Shown one piece after another: positions 50,257 through 62,531 of a DNA stretch of 64,000 nt (the first letter of the stretch is position 1; each line of letters opens with the position of its first letter). Both the position numbers and the translations under genes were made by a program. The stretch covers positions 39,246,001-39,310,000 of the forward strand of contig NC_042998.1 in assembly GCF_006345805.1 (NCBI RefSeq), given 5' to 3'. This stretch comes from Octopus sinensis (Eukaryota). The notes under the pieces are model-generated. The model ran no database searches and was not told the origin of the DNA. It saw only the letters and a list, made by a program, of their open reading frames with translations.

Positions 50257-53023
50257 TCTTTTACTTGTTTCAGTCATTTGACTGCGGCCATGCTGGAGCA
50301 CCGCCTTTAATCGAGCAACTCGACCCCGGGACTTATTCTTTGTAAGCCCAGTACTTATTCTATCGGTCTCTTTTGCCGAACCACTAAGTGACGAGGACAT
50401 AAACACTCCAGCATCGGTTGTCAAGCAATGCTAGGGGGACAAACACAGACACACGAACATACACGCACACACACACACATATATATACATATATACGACG
50501 GGCTTCTTTCAGTTTCCGTCTACCAAATCCACTCACAAGGCTTTGGTCAGCCCGAGGCTATAGTAGAAGACACTTGCCCAAGGTGCCATGCAGTGGGACT
50601 GAACCCGGAACCATGTGGTTGGTAAACAAGCTACTTACCACACAGCCACTCCTGCACCTATATATATATATATGCATACAAGGGGAAGTCAAAAATTATC
50701 CGCTCTTTTGCCATAACATATCTTTATTATTGTCATGCTGCCTTCAGCACATGATTGCTTACAGTTGGTACTATTGTGGTCATGTGATCGAAGTTTGAGC
50801 CTGATCTCGCCATTTTTCTATCTGGCTTTACAGTATAGGCATAGCTGCTCCACTGGCAATGTGCACCAAAGAAGAACAAAGTGATCCGTGAAATATGACA
50901 GTGGTGAACCAGTTCACCATTACCATCTCCCAAACTTGCTGAATCTTCTCATCAGTGGTGGATGTTGACAGGCGTCTTGCTCCCTTTTCGTGTGTCATGC
51001 CTGTCCGGTCACTTTTAAACTTCTCAATCCACTCATACACATTTCTACATGGCAGTGAACTTGTCCCCGTATTGTACTAAAAGCCTTTGAGGAATTTCAT
51101 AACCTGACACACATTCCGACCAGAGAAATCGGATCACTTGGCTAGTGGAGCAGTCATGCTTACACTGTAAAGCCAGAAAGAAAAATGGCACAATCAGGCT
51201 CAAACTTTGACCACGTGACCACAATGGTACCAACTATAAGCACGCATGCGCAGAAGGCAGTGTGACAATAATAAATATATGTTATGGCGAAAGTGCAGAT
51301 AATTTTTGACTTCCCCTTGTATGTGTATCATCTGTGGGATGACATCAGCAGCTGGGGAGCTGACCGGAAGGGGCAGCTGTGATGCGCGCGCAGCGAGGGC
51401 AGGATTCTGCCTTTTCGAGGCAGGTTGCCTAGCAGGTAAGATGAGTCAGCACGTTGTTACGGTTGGGAGAAGCAGCTGCTATTTCTAGCGTTCGGGTCGG
51501 GCTGTGTTGAAGGATCCATTACCGCTGAAGGGTCTCCATCTGAGCGAAGAGAAGGTAGGTGCCTTTATTTCGAATCTCTCACATACACCACATCATCATT
51601 TAACATCCATTGTCCATGCTGGCATGGGTTGGATGATTTCCTCAGAGCTGGCAAGCTGGAGGGCTACAGCAGACTCCAGTCTGATTTGATGCCCTTCCTA
51701 GTCTCAACCATTTTACAGAGTGTGCTGGGTGCTTTTGCATGGCACCACATGGACCCTTTCATGTGGCACTGATACATGGCACCTCCACTGTCAAAATGTT
51801 ACTGGATGGTTTCATACAAAATTTATCTTCCCTACAAGGAAGGATTAATTAAATAATTAACAGATATTGTTGGTTGAAAATGGATTACAAACTTTTTTTT
51901 CTGAGCTAGCCCTGACTGATGATAATCTGTTCTTGTAAGTGAGGTGAATTTGATAGGAAACTCTCCAGTAATATTTTTGATGACCCTAGGGATTAATTTA
52001 TTCTACTGAATAAATCATTTTCCTACTCTGTTGAGTGTATTTTTCTGACTGATTATGGAAATTCCTCAGATAAATATATATCGTTGTGATCATGTGTCTT
52101 TTGTGCGCAGCACATTGATGATATTACGACAAAAGTGTTCCTGATTAAGTGTGACTTCTCCAGCTGCCTTGCCATTCTTGCCCAACCAGCTCCGGATATT
52201 GTCCATCCATTTTTGCTTTCTTTCCCTGATTCTTCCTCTACTACACTCGACTCTTCCTTCTACGACAATGTTTTCCAGACCTTCGCTTCTTTGAATATGG
52301 CCATAATAGATGGGTTTTTATTTTTAAACAATATTCAGTCACTGTCATCTTACATCAACTTGTTGCAACACCCATTCATTTGTTTAACGGTCTTTTAAGA
52401 GACTTGTATCATTCTCCTATACACCTGCATTTCAAATGCATTGATTATGTCCTCTTCAAATTTGTTCAGAGTCCATGTTTTGCAACCACAAAAAGCTTGC
52501 CCTAACCTTTCTTTTAATACATAACATGCACTTCTGTAGTGAATATGTGAGTGTAAGTTCATGTATTTTTTTCTCTTTTATTTTAGATGGCAAAGGTAAA
52601 GTATTTGGTCTGGACTTGTCACCTTACATGTTGGAAACTGCAAGCAAACTAATGAGTGAAGGCATCACCAATAATCAAGTGGAATTGCATCTTGGAAGTG
52701 TTATGGAAATGCCGTTTGAGTCGAATACCTTTGATCGGATTTTTCATTGCAATTGTTTTTATTTTTGGCCTGATTTTGACAAATGTGCTCAAGAGTTGTA
52801 TCGTGTTTTAAAGCCGAATACGTTTATGATAACAACAGTTGACAGTAAAAAGTTAAAAGCTTCTGAAGAAAAGGGTTTTCTGAAATATGGCAATGCAGAT
52901 ATCGAATTCTATATGGATGTACTTCGTAAGAATAAATTTGAAAATGTAGCAATGGAAACTCATGGTCCTGAAAGCAAACAGTACCAGGTTATTTCTGCCT
53001 TCAAAGGAGCAAAAGAAGAATAA
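44346..53023 (+). CDS. Class I SAM-dependent methyltransferase (Methyltransf_11/25-like, YdaC-like), 213 aa; exons 44346-44414, 48050-48185, 52587-53023
   Basis: Spliced ORF of 642 nt: MALNAIAKNLKIPEKSFAGRITQ|FFLKRGNRVVEEKAVEHSGIEADHYVLEVGFGPGIGLEAAYNKIK|DGKGKVFGLDLSPYM...GSVMEMPFESNTFDRIFHCNCFYFWPD...ELYRVLKP...AKEE-stop. Contains motif I (VLEVGFGPG), motif II (FGLDLS), motif III (GSVMEMPF) and ELYRVLKP. GT-AG introns with phases 0 and 1. Confidence 0.9.
47027..47436 (+). mobile_element. tRNA-derived SINE, family A, full length (other copies: 13615-13994 -, 50255-50658 -; partial at 2035-2288, 45620-45770, 49565-49745, 55340-55470, 61035-61220)
   Basis: A-box-like TGGCTGTGTGG and B-box-like GGTTCAGTCCC, an internal microsatellite, a shared body (aaggcggtgctccagcatgg...gactgaaacaag) and an (A/GTAAAA)n tail; many copies in the window. 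Confidence 0.85.
47562..47883. mobile_element. MITE with about 115-bp imperfect TIRs, probable TA target site
   Basis: taagaaagaaaagaaatgtaaaagtca...ggtgatattaggatcatattacatca at the left end is mirrored at 47790-47883. Confidence 0.75.
50679..51319 (-). mobile_element. Internally deleted mariner element with about 150-bp TIRs and TA target duplication
   Basis: TA|CAAGGGGAAGTCAAAAATTATC...GATAATTTTTGACTTCCCCTTG|TA. Internal remnants VIRFLWSECVSGYEI and MYEWIEKFKSDRT...STSTTDEKIQ correspond to the mariner transposase N-terminal HTH. Confidence 0.9.
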
Positions 53024-54509
53024 TTTGTGTTAGATTTTCAGACAGCTTCTGACACAGCGACATACATTTCAAAATCAGTCTATGAGATTACATAATATTT
53101 TCAGTGCTCGATGGGTTTGTGTTTGTTATGTTAACAATAATTGTATCACAAAAGATGAATTTATTGTTTAATAAGTGATACAAATTCATGTATAATTTGA
53201 TATAATCAGAACACATCATAAATTAAAATGGTATATTATGGAACGTACCAAATGACTCTTTTGTTGCATTTCAAAATATTGAGCACATTACTTCAGAGCT
53301 AAAAACAGTTAACTCAAAATTATTGCAGATTCGATTCAAACATCAAAAGCATTTAAATAAAATTTCCTTTTCAAACAAATGCATTCATTTTTGTCTCCTA
53401 AGTCATAAAGCTTATCTTCAGTACAGAATAATAATATATACATTTAGAGTTACCTGATCTGCAGACATTTTGTTGTCTTGACTTCATATTTGTTGCAATG
53501 TTACAAATGATTTATTGTTCATTTATTGTTTGAAATAAAATTGGAAGACATATGATCCTGTTGGTGATAGTGCCACATGAAAAGCACCTGGTACCTTCTA
53601 TAAAGTGGTTGGCATTAGGAAAAGCATCCAGCTGTAGAGGGGTACATGAATGACCATGGGATTGCACCTGAAAAGTTACCCATTGAGGTACAAGTCCAGG
53701 CAAGGTCGTTTATGGAAGGCCAGCAGTCATCGATGCATACCAGCCTCCCCTCTCCCCGCTACTGATGTTACCCAAGGGAAAGTCAAAGCTTGGCACCAGT
53801 GCTGTCACAACCCGTTTCTACAGCTGGGTGAACGGGAGCAACATGAAATAAAGTGTCTTGCTCAAGAACACAACACACAGCCCTGTCTAAAAATTGAACT
53901 CACTACCTAATGATTGAGAGCACAATGCTCTAATTACTGAGCTATGAACCTTGACATAGCTCAGGGACCCTGCTAAAACAGGCACTGGAACCTAATATGG
54001 CTCCTGGTCTTGCCAGCTCCTGTCAAACCATCTGACCCACGTCAGTATGGAAGAAGGATATCAAATGATGATGATGTGAATGACTGGAGTAGTTTTACAT
54101 TAATCACATTATTATAAGGCAAAAAAAGAAAACGACTCCCCCCACCCCAGACACAACAGAATATAATGTTATGAATAAAAGAAAAAATGAAATTATAAAA
54201 ATTTAAACTGACAACTATTCCATTAATGCAATGGTTCTCAACCATTTTTGTCCCTATGGACCTACACTCTTGGAGTGGTTGGCATTAGGAAGGGCATCCA
54301 GCCATAGAAACCATGCCAAATCGGCTCCCCAGTACAGCTCTTCAGTTTACCCCTTCTCAGTCAAACCGTCCAACCCATACCAGCATGGAAGACAGATGTT
54401 AAATGATGATGAGATGATGATGATGATGGACCCCTTTGATTCCAATTTTTGTTGGGTGGACCCTCACAGCCATTTGATGTTTAAAAAGAAAAACGTTTTT
54501 ATAATTAAA

Positions 54510-54889
54510 CTAGCAGTATCGCCCGGCGTTGCTCAGGTTTGTAAGGGAAATAACTATAAAGCATTTTAAGAGAGTTATAGCCAAAAAATAGCAAAAAAAT
54601 GGAAAAAAATTATGGTAAATTTTTTTTGAGAGTAAAAAAAGGTGGAGTAGCGTCCCCTAGACAGTTTGTGGTTTGTGTTTCTGATTCTCGACCCCATGTC
54701 GAATTTACCTATTTTTTTCAGAACTGGGGGAACTTTTCAAAATTTTCGCTGCGTTAGTTTTGAATTATGACATTGGGCTATGTGTGTGTCAAGTTTCATC
54801 AGAATCGGTTGAAAGCCATGGTCAGTGTGAGGGTACAAGCAAACAGACACACAGAAACACGCACAGACAAACTGCCGTTTATATATAGA
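54510..54889 (-). mobile_element. Non-autonomous Helitron sharing its 3' end with 18131-18453
   Basis: ctagcagtatcgcccggcgttgctcaggtttgtaagggaaataactata is shared with the 18.1-kb copy; the other end is tttatatataga. Confidence 0.7.
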
Positions 54890-56200
54890 GAGAAGAGATA
54901 TTATTAAGAATTATGTAAAATAATTGCTAAAATATTTGGTGTTTTGCAGAAGAAATATAAGCAATTTTTTGGTTTTACTTCTTATAATTCACCGGATGAA
55001 TTTTAACAGAAAATTCTTGAATGAGCCCCAAAGGACCATATGAGCCCTGGTTGAGAGCCCCTGCTTTAATGGGATACAGTCATCATAAAATATACAAAAT
55101 ATTATATGGCATAGTTGAAAGAATGAATATAAGGTCCAGGATGTAACTGATTTTAGAATAGGCATACTGTGTCCCTTTATGTTCTCAAAAGGGACTAAAA
55201 GTGTTGGTGACTGGAAGAGCATCTGGCTGTTAAACGCTACCTCAGAAATCATGTTCAAACCATGGAAAAGCAGATGTAAAACAATGACACACAGACTCAG
55301 ACACACACACAAACACACACATATGTAGCAGTGTGTTAAAGAATTTTATTCCCAACCACATGGTTCTGCATGGCACCTTTGGCAAGCCCTAGGCCAATTA
55401 ATGCCTTGTGAGTGGATTTGGGAGACCGAAACTAAAAGAAGCTTGTCGTCTTTGTGTTTGTGTTTGTCTCCCACCAAAAGTTCATTTTATGTTTGAATTT
55501 AAACTAATAAAATATGGGGGGAAAAAAAAACTCTGTAGACAATTGAGTTTTAAAAAATATTTCATTTTATTCATTATGCATATAATGACATTGATTAATC
55601 TGGAACTTGTGCCTTGCTGCTTCCATTCTGTACATTCTTTCAATTAAAAAGTTACTCTGAAATGAATATGAATTCATTTTGTCATGATTATACAATTTAT
55701 TGCAATTACATATATAAATATCTATTTGCATATATAAACTTCAGTAGCAGCAATTTGAAATAGTTCCCTGTTTTTGCAAATGTTTGTTTATGAACAGAAA
55801 TCCACATGGAAAATTACTCTGCCATGGATAGACAAGAAACCAGAATCAGCCATTGCAATTCTGAACTAAGATTTATACCTGTTCTATAGAAAGGCTGTGG
55901 AAGATCCCTCGATAGACACTACCAGAAGAATGGGTACGTATACCACAAGCTAAAGGATAGTGGCATGATTGATAGGAAGGGTAGCCTCTCTCGGTTATAC
56001 AATAGATACGTTACATCCGACCAAGAGGATATGCCTTTGCTATCCAGGAACAGAAAATAACTACTAAATATTTGATAAACAGGAGAGACAAAGATTCCAT
56101 CAAAACCTCCATGGTGTAACACACACACACATGCACGCATGTGCGCTCGTGAGCATACATCCATATATGTGGTTATCAGACTGGATGACTTGTGGCTCAA

Positions 56201-59200
56201 TCATCATCATCATCATCGTTTAGCGTCCGTTTTCCATGCTAGCATGGGTTGGACGGTTCTACTGGGGTCTGTGAAGCCAGAAGGCTTCATCAGGCCCAGT
56301 CAAATCTGGCAGTGTTTCTACGGCTGGATGCCCTTCCTAACGCCAACCACTCCGTGAGTGTAGTGGGTGCTTTTTACGTGCCACCTGCACTGGTGCCAGA
56401 CAGAGCTGGTAAACGGCCACGAACGGATGGTGCTTTTTATGTGCCACCGGCACGAGGGCCAGGCGAGGCTGGCAATGGACACGAAATGGGGCGGTGCTGG
56501 CAACGGTCGCGAAACGGAAAGTTCTCTTACATGCCACCGGCACTGGTAACACATCTGCAATTTCCATTGATCGATTTCCATTGATCGATTTCGATTCTGA
56601 TCCTCACTTGCCTCAACGGGTCTTCACAAGTAGAGTTTCGACATGCCACCGGCACTGGTAACACATCCGCAATTTCCATTGATCGATTTTGATTCTGATC
56701 CTCACTTGCCTCAACACGTCTTCACATGTAGAGTTTTGTGTCCCAAGAAGGGAAGGTATGCATACGTAGGCTGGCTCCATCCCATGTAGAAGGCCACGGG
56801 TTATGGACTCACTTGTCCTGCCGGGTCTTCTCGCGCACAGCACACTTCCAGAGGTCTCGGTCTCTAGTCATTTCCTCAGTGAGACCTAAAGTTCGAAGGT
56901 CGTGCTTCACCACCTCGTCCCAGGTTTTCCTGGGTCTGCCTCTTCCACAGGTTCCCTCAACCGCTAGGGTGTGGCACTTTTTCACACAACTATCTTCATC
57001 CATTCTCGCCACATGACCATACCAGCGCAAACGTCTCTCTTGCACACCACAACTGATGCTTCTTAGGTCCAGCTTTTCTCTCAAGGTACTTACACTCTGC
57101 CGAATGTGAGTACCGGCATTACACATCCATCGGAGCATACTGGCTTCATTTCTTGCGAGCTTACGCATATCCTCAGCAGTCACGGCCCATGTTTCACTGC
57201 CATGTAGCATGGCTGTTCGTACACACGCATCATACAGTCTGCCTTTCACTCTGTGCGAGAGGCCTTTTGTCACCAGCAGAGGTAAGAGCTCTCTAAACTT
57301 TGCCCAAGCTATTCTTACTCTAGCAGTTACACTTTCAGCACACCCTGACTTGGTCACCTAGGTAACGGAAACTATCAACTATTCCTAGTTTTTCTCCCTG
57401 GAAAGTGACGGAAGTTGGTCTCAGAGCATCTGCCACATACAAAAACCATCTTCCTAGTTAGCCTTCCTTTGACATTGCTGCATCTCTTATGTGTCCATAG
57501 CTTACACTTGGTGCATCTTATAGAGTTTCTACCTACACCTTTTCTACAGATCGAGCAGGGCCATCTACCTGAAGGTGTTTGTGATTTGTCTACCTTCCTA
57601 CTGATTACGACTTTGGTTTTAGCTAGATTGACTCTGAGGCCCTTCGATTCTAATCCTTGTTTCCACACCTGAAACTTCTCCTCCAGTTCTGATAGCGACT
57701 CAGCAATTAGAGCAAGGTCATCAGCATAGAGGAGCTCCCAAGGGTTTCCTGTCTTGAATTCCTCCGTTATTGCCTGGAGGACTATGATAAATAGGAGGGG
57801 GCTGAGTACTGAGCCTTGGTGGACCCCTACCTCTACCCGGAATTCTTCACTGTACTCATTTCCAACCTTCACCCTACTAGCAGCGTCCCTATACATGGCC
57901 CGCACAGCTCTCACTAACCATTCATCTATCCCTAGTTTCCTCATTGCCCACCAGATAAGGGATCGGGGGACCCTGTCAAAGGCTTTCTCCATGTCAACAA
58001 AAGCCAGGTACAGGGGCTTATCTTTGGCTAGGTATTTCTCCTGCAGCTGCCTTACCAGGAATATAGCATCAGTAGTACTTTTCCCTGGCACAAACCCAAA
58101 CTGCATCTCATCTAAACTAACTCTCTCTCTAATTAGTTGGGCTATGACCCTCTCCGTAACCTTCATCACCTGATCCAACAGCTTGATACCTCTGTAGTTA
58201 TTTGTATCTAGGGCATCACCTTTACCTTTGTAGCAGTTGACTATTATACTGCTACACCAGTCATTGGGTATGACTCCTTTGTGTATCACCTGATTAACTA
58301 TACGGGTGACTAGGCTATAGCCGTCACTACCAGACATTTTGAGCATCTCTGCAGTGATTCCTGATGGGCCTGGGGCTTTTCCTGTCTTCATGCTTCTAAT
58401 TGCCTTAGCTACCACGGAACTATCAACTCGGATAGCTGGTCCCTCTGTTGGGTCAACATTCGGCAGACTCTCTATCCCATTCATTTTCTTCATTCAGCAA
58501 CCTTTCATAGTGGCATCTCCAAACCTCTCTCTTTGCATCCTCATTTAGCGCAAGTGAACCATCTTCCATGCGAACACACTTCTCTCCTACCACATCACGA
58601 TTCTCTCTCACACACTGTCTTGCAACGTGAAACACCTCCAGTCTTTGGTCCTCACGGCGCAGAACATTGGCAAATTTTTTCTTATCTGCTTCCCCTCTGG
58701 CTAAATAAACCTGTCTCCTAGCTTCTCTTTTGGCAGTCTGATACAATTCCCTGCTACTCCCATTTTTCCAGACCTTCCAAGCCTGTCTCTTTTCTCTAAT
58801 AGCCCTGTCTACAATATTGTTCCACCACCACGTTATTCTAGGTCGAGAGGGGACTTTGCACCAGCCACAGATCTGGTCAGTGGCTCTCAGCAGGTTGTCC
58901 CTTAGAAACGTCCAGCTGTCTTCTACCCCCTGTGATGCTCTATCCCCTTCTACTTCGTCAGAGGCTTCAAGTAATATGTCCCTAAATCTCTGTCCATTTG
59001 CAGGATCTTTAAGCTTCCAGATCCTTCTTCTCCATATTTGTCGTCTTCTGGTTGTCCTCCTAGTCCTGATCCTAAAGTCACTAACTACCAGTCTATGTTG
59101 TGGGGTACATTCTTCACCTGGGAAGGTTTTGGCATTTATAAGCAGCCATCTCTCCCTTTGCCTTGCAAGAATGTAGTCAATTTGGCTGGTATGTTGGCCC

Positions 59201-59230
59201 GATCGGTAAGTGACTAGGTGGCTGGCTCAA
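56201..59230 (-). mobile_element. RTE-clade LINE, 5'-truncated and frameshifted (APE C-terminal tip, RT, PHD-like finger, C-terminus, 3' UTR, (GAT)n tail)
   Basis: SHLVTYRSGQHTSQIDYIL (end of APE) near 59.2 kb. ORF 58493-57375 contains YRGIKLL, QFGFVPGKSTTDA, FVDMEKAFDRV, GVHQGSVLSP and LLYADD. C-terminus LRWYGHVARM...RGRPRKTW. Frameshifts near 58470 and 57400. Tail ...aaacggacgctaaacgatgatgatg. Confidence 0.95.
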
Positions 59231-59767
59231 TGTGATCCATTATTCAGAATATATAGGCTGGTGGGAAAGCTGGGTGGAACAGTAGATATTTGGTGAAAAA
59301 AGAAAGAGAGAAAAATGATGTGGATGGGTAGGAGAAGCTATTGATGCTTTTGTACTGCTTCTAACCTTAAGAATTAAACTGGGGTTTGAGCATAAACCAA
59401 GTTTTCATATTTCAAAATGGACTCCTTTTTATGTACGGATGACAGATAAATTAAATGCTAGGTGATGGATCAAAGTTAAATTAATTACCAACATGACTAT
59501 ATCTGTAATGTTATGTGGTTGTAAATCTGTATAGTTGTATATCGGCAAAATAGTGTTCTGGTGAAGCTTAGATAAGCAAAAGATTTTAGGAATTAGGTGA
59601 GGGATGGAACTTGTTAGTTCACATAACCACATCAATTGCATGCTTTCCAGCAAAATTTTCAAATGTTGCATTTTGCAGATGGTATATGTCTATCTTAGTG
59701 TACTCTTAAATTTTTCAATAAAATGTAAAAGATTTTAAAAAGAAAATGCAACCAACTTACAAGCAAT

Positions 59768-62531
59768 TCAGTTTTGGGTGCAAGTATTGCCCTGATCAAC
59801 TTCGCATGACTTATTGGCATCATTCCACCGATGACCCTTGTTGCAATGCCCTGTATATTTCTCCATTACTGAACCACAGTAAATATAATTTCGACAGTTA
59901 CTGGGATCTGCATAGAAACCAGCTTTCTTTCTGAAGCAAAATTTGTTGTCTTTAATCGTTCCTGAGAAATGAAATGGAAACCATTCAGTAATTGCACATT
60001 TTAAGAACATCTCAGAAATGTTTAAGCAGAAAATACATTTTACTACTCTCAGAAGCAACAGCAGTTCACATCCTACTGCTATTGTTTTAATAATAATCTC
60101 TCTTTAAATCAAAACAATCTCCCTAAATAATATTTACAGGGTATCTTTTAAGTTTTTAGCATTCATAGCTTAAACATTATTAAGATTTTGTATTATATTC
60201 ATAGCAGAGTTATGAAATAAAAAAAAAATGACTTTGACGTTTTGGCAGTGATAAAGCAGTTTTTGTGTGAGAATTAGGCTCAAATTGAACAAATATTTCT
60301 GTAAGTATCAAACTCCAGCATAAGAGGATGCATTTTGATTATGTCTTGTGTTTCCTTTCATCAAAGAACATTCAACATAGAATCCTTTTTCTGTTTCTCA
60401 TGGAATAATGAAGATCGTTTTTCTCTTTATTTGTTTCAAATAAGAATGACCAAATCCCTACAGGACCAATAGAAACCCAAATATTTTGGAGAAATATTGA
60501 TCTCATTAATACTGAAACTCCGTCAATTATGACGATGTGTGTTCCAGCTGATACGATCAACAGAACAGCTTGCTCGTTAAATTAACAAACACGTGGCTGA
60601 GTACTCCACAGACACGTATACCCTTAACATAGTTCTCAGAGAAATTCAGCATGGCACAGGATGTGACAAGGATGGTCCCTCTTGAATTACAGGTACAACT
60701 CATTCTGGCCAACTGGTTGGACATGAAAGAAAGTATCTTACTGAAGGACACACTGTAGCACTGTGAATCAAACTGGTGATGCTACAGATGTCAGCCAAAT
60801 ACCCGAACCCCGAAGCCTCATGCATCCACCCTCATTAATACTGAGGTGGAATCAAACCATGGCAAAGGGAGAGAAATTTAAAATTTAATACAAACCAACT
60901 TTGTCTTCAGAACGTAAATTTCTGTAAAATAAAACAGAAATAAAACAGAAATGTAAAGCATTTAAAAAGCAAAGAATCTTTACACAGGCAGAAATTATTG
61001 ACATAAAGGGGAAAATAGATTTTGTTATTTTTTCCCTGTTTCAGTCATTAGACTGCGGTCATGCTGGAGCACTGCCTTGAAGAATTTAAGTCAAACGAAT
61101 CAATCCCTTTTTCTCTTTTTTGTAAGCCTGGTACTTATTCAAATGGACCCTTTTGCCCAACAGCTAAGTCACAGGGATATAAACACACCAACACCAGTGG
61201 TCAAGCAGGGGTTGGAGAAATACACAGACACACACACATGCGCGCACACACACTCACACATTTATATTTATATTTATTTTACGTTGAAAGCTTTTGTTTT
61301 AGTTTTGAGTTACTTTCTTTGAGGCAAAAAGAGAAAAAATATGATTGAACTCAATATGTTCTGTGAAAACTCATGGCCCATTGATGGTAACATTATGGGA
61401 TTGACTCCCAGAACAAGCAGTGAATTGTGTCTTTAGACAAGGCACTTCATTTCATATTGCTCCAATTCACTTAGCTGAAAAAAAGAGTTGAAGCCTGACA
61501 CAAGGGCCTCACAGAGTAAATAGCTTGAAATCTTATGAATGCAAAGCATCAAATGCCTTTGATTGCTATGAGACACTGGTCAAACACTATATTTAATCTT
61601 TGGAAGTCAAAGACCCAGTGGACCGACTCCTATTATTTTTCTTTGTCAGTGAGCCCATGGTTCTTGTGATCCTTCTTAGATCAACGTAGTTGACGAGCTT
61701 TGAGTTTTGTCTGGGAAACATTGGGTGGGAGGGGATTCCAGACAGCAGAAGAAGGATTGGACAAAGTATTCAGTTTTGTGAGGAATAAAAAGCAGGTACA
61801 TCAGGTAAGAATGAATGGGATTATTGAAGCTTGCAACCTCAGAGAAACGGCAGCAGAAAAGTGAGAAAGAAGACAATTGTTGTTAGATTAAGAATTTTAA
61901 CATGTTAGCAAAATACTTATCGTTTAGATGCCCTTTCTGATGTCTGAACTGCCATTGTATCTGGTTAATGTCCCTGTAGAAGTGGCACCACCCAAGTCCT
62001 ACTTTATGTGTAGTAGGGGTGGGGGTGCACATTTTATTATGCCAAATATTTTATTTCTATTATCTTCTGATGAAAATGAATAGTTCATACAGAAAATATT
62101 TATTACTATAAGTAAAAAAGCCCACTGATAGACTAGATTAATTCAAAGACATGAAACAGAATCCAAGATGATCCTGCAATTTTGAGAATCTGTTGAAATC
62201 AAAAGCAATCTTTCACAAAAACAAGTCCACAGTCTTATTTTCTTCTTCCATATGACCTCCAGGCTTTTAAGTCTAATGAACATCGTCACCTATTGACTTC
62301 TGTCTAGCGTCCATTTTATTCTGGTAGCTCTTACATTTTCAGTGGTCTAACGACCTTGTAACGAGCGAAAGCTTTAAAATAATTAAACAGGACTTACTCA
62401 GTGTCTTGTAAAGCTTTTATGACTGAATGCATCATGGGATATGAGCCTTTATTGCAGTAATTTTTATAGTCATCAAGATCAATTGCCCAAATCATCATTC
62501 CATTGATACCATGCACTCTCAGGTAGTGAAC
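59768..62531 (-). CDS. GH18 chitinase, 3' part: end of catalytic domain (62531-62398), predicted 26-nt linker exon (60921-60896), CBM14 chitin-binding exon (59961-59768)
   Basis: VHYLRVHGINGMMIWAIDLDDYKNYCNKGSYPMMHSVIKAL matches the GH18 C-terminal GxMxWAxDLDD motif. The last exon TIKDNKFCFRKKAGFYADPSNCRNYIYCGSVMEKYTGHCNKGHRWNDANKSCEVDQGNTCTQN has six Cys in peritrophin-A spacing. The linker exon (ENLRSEDKVG) is inferred from phase 2/1 compatibility and a strong acceptor. Upstream exons were not found in the window. Confidence 0.85.

Noticed and set aside
52475-52586. N-terminal 37 aa of the 182-aa ORF as the methyltransferase start
   Set aside because: It is intronic (pyrimidine tract and AG at 52586); motif I lies in the upstream exon 48050-48185.
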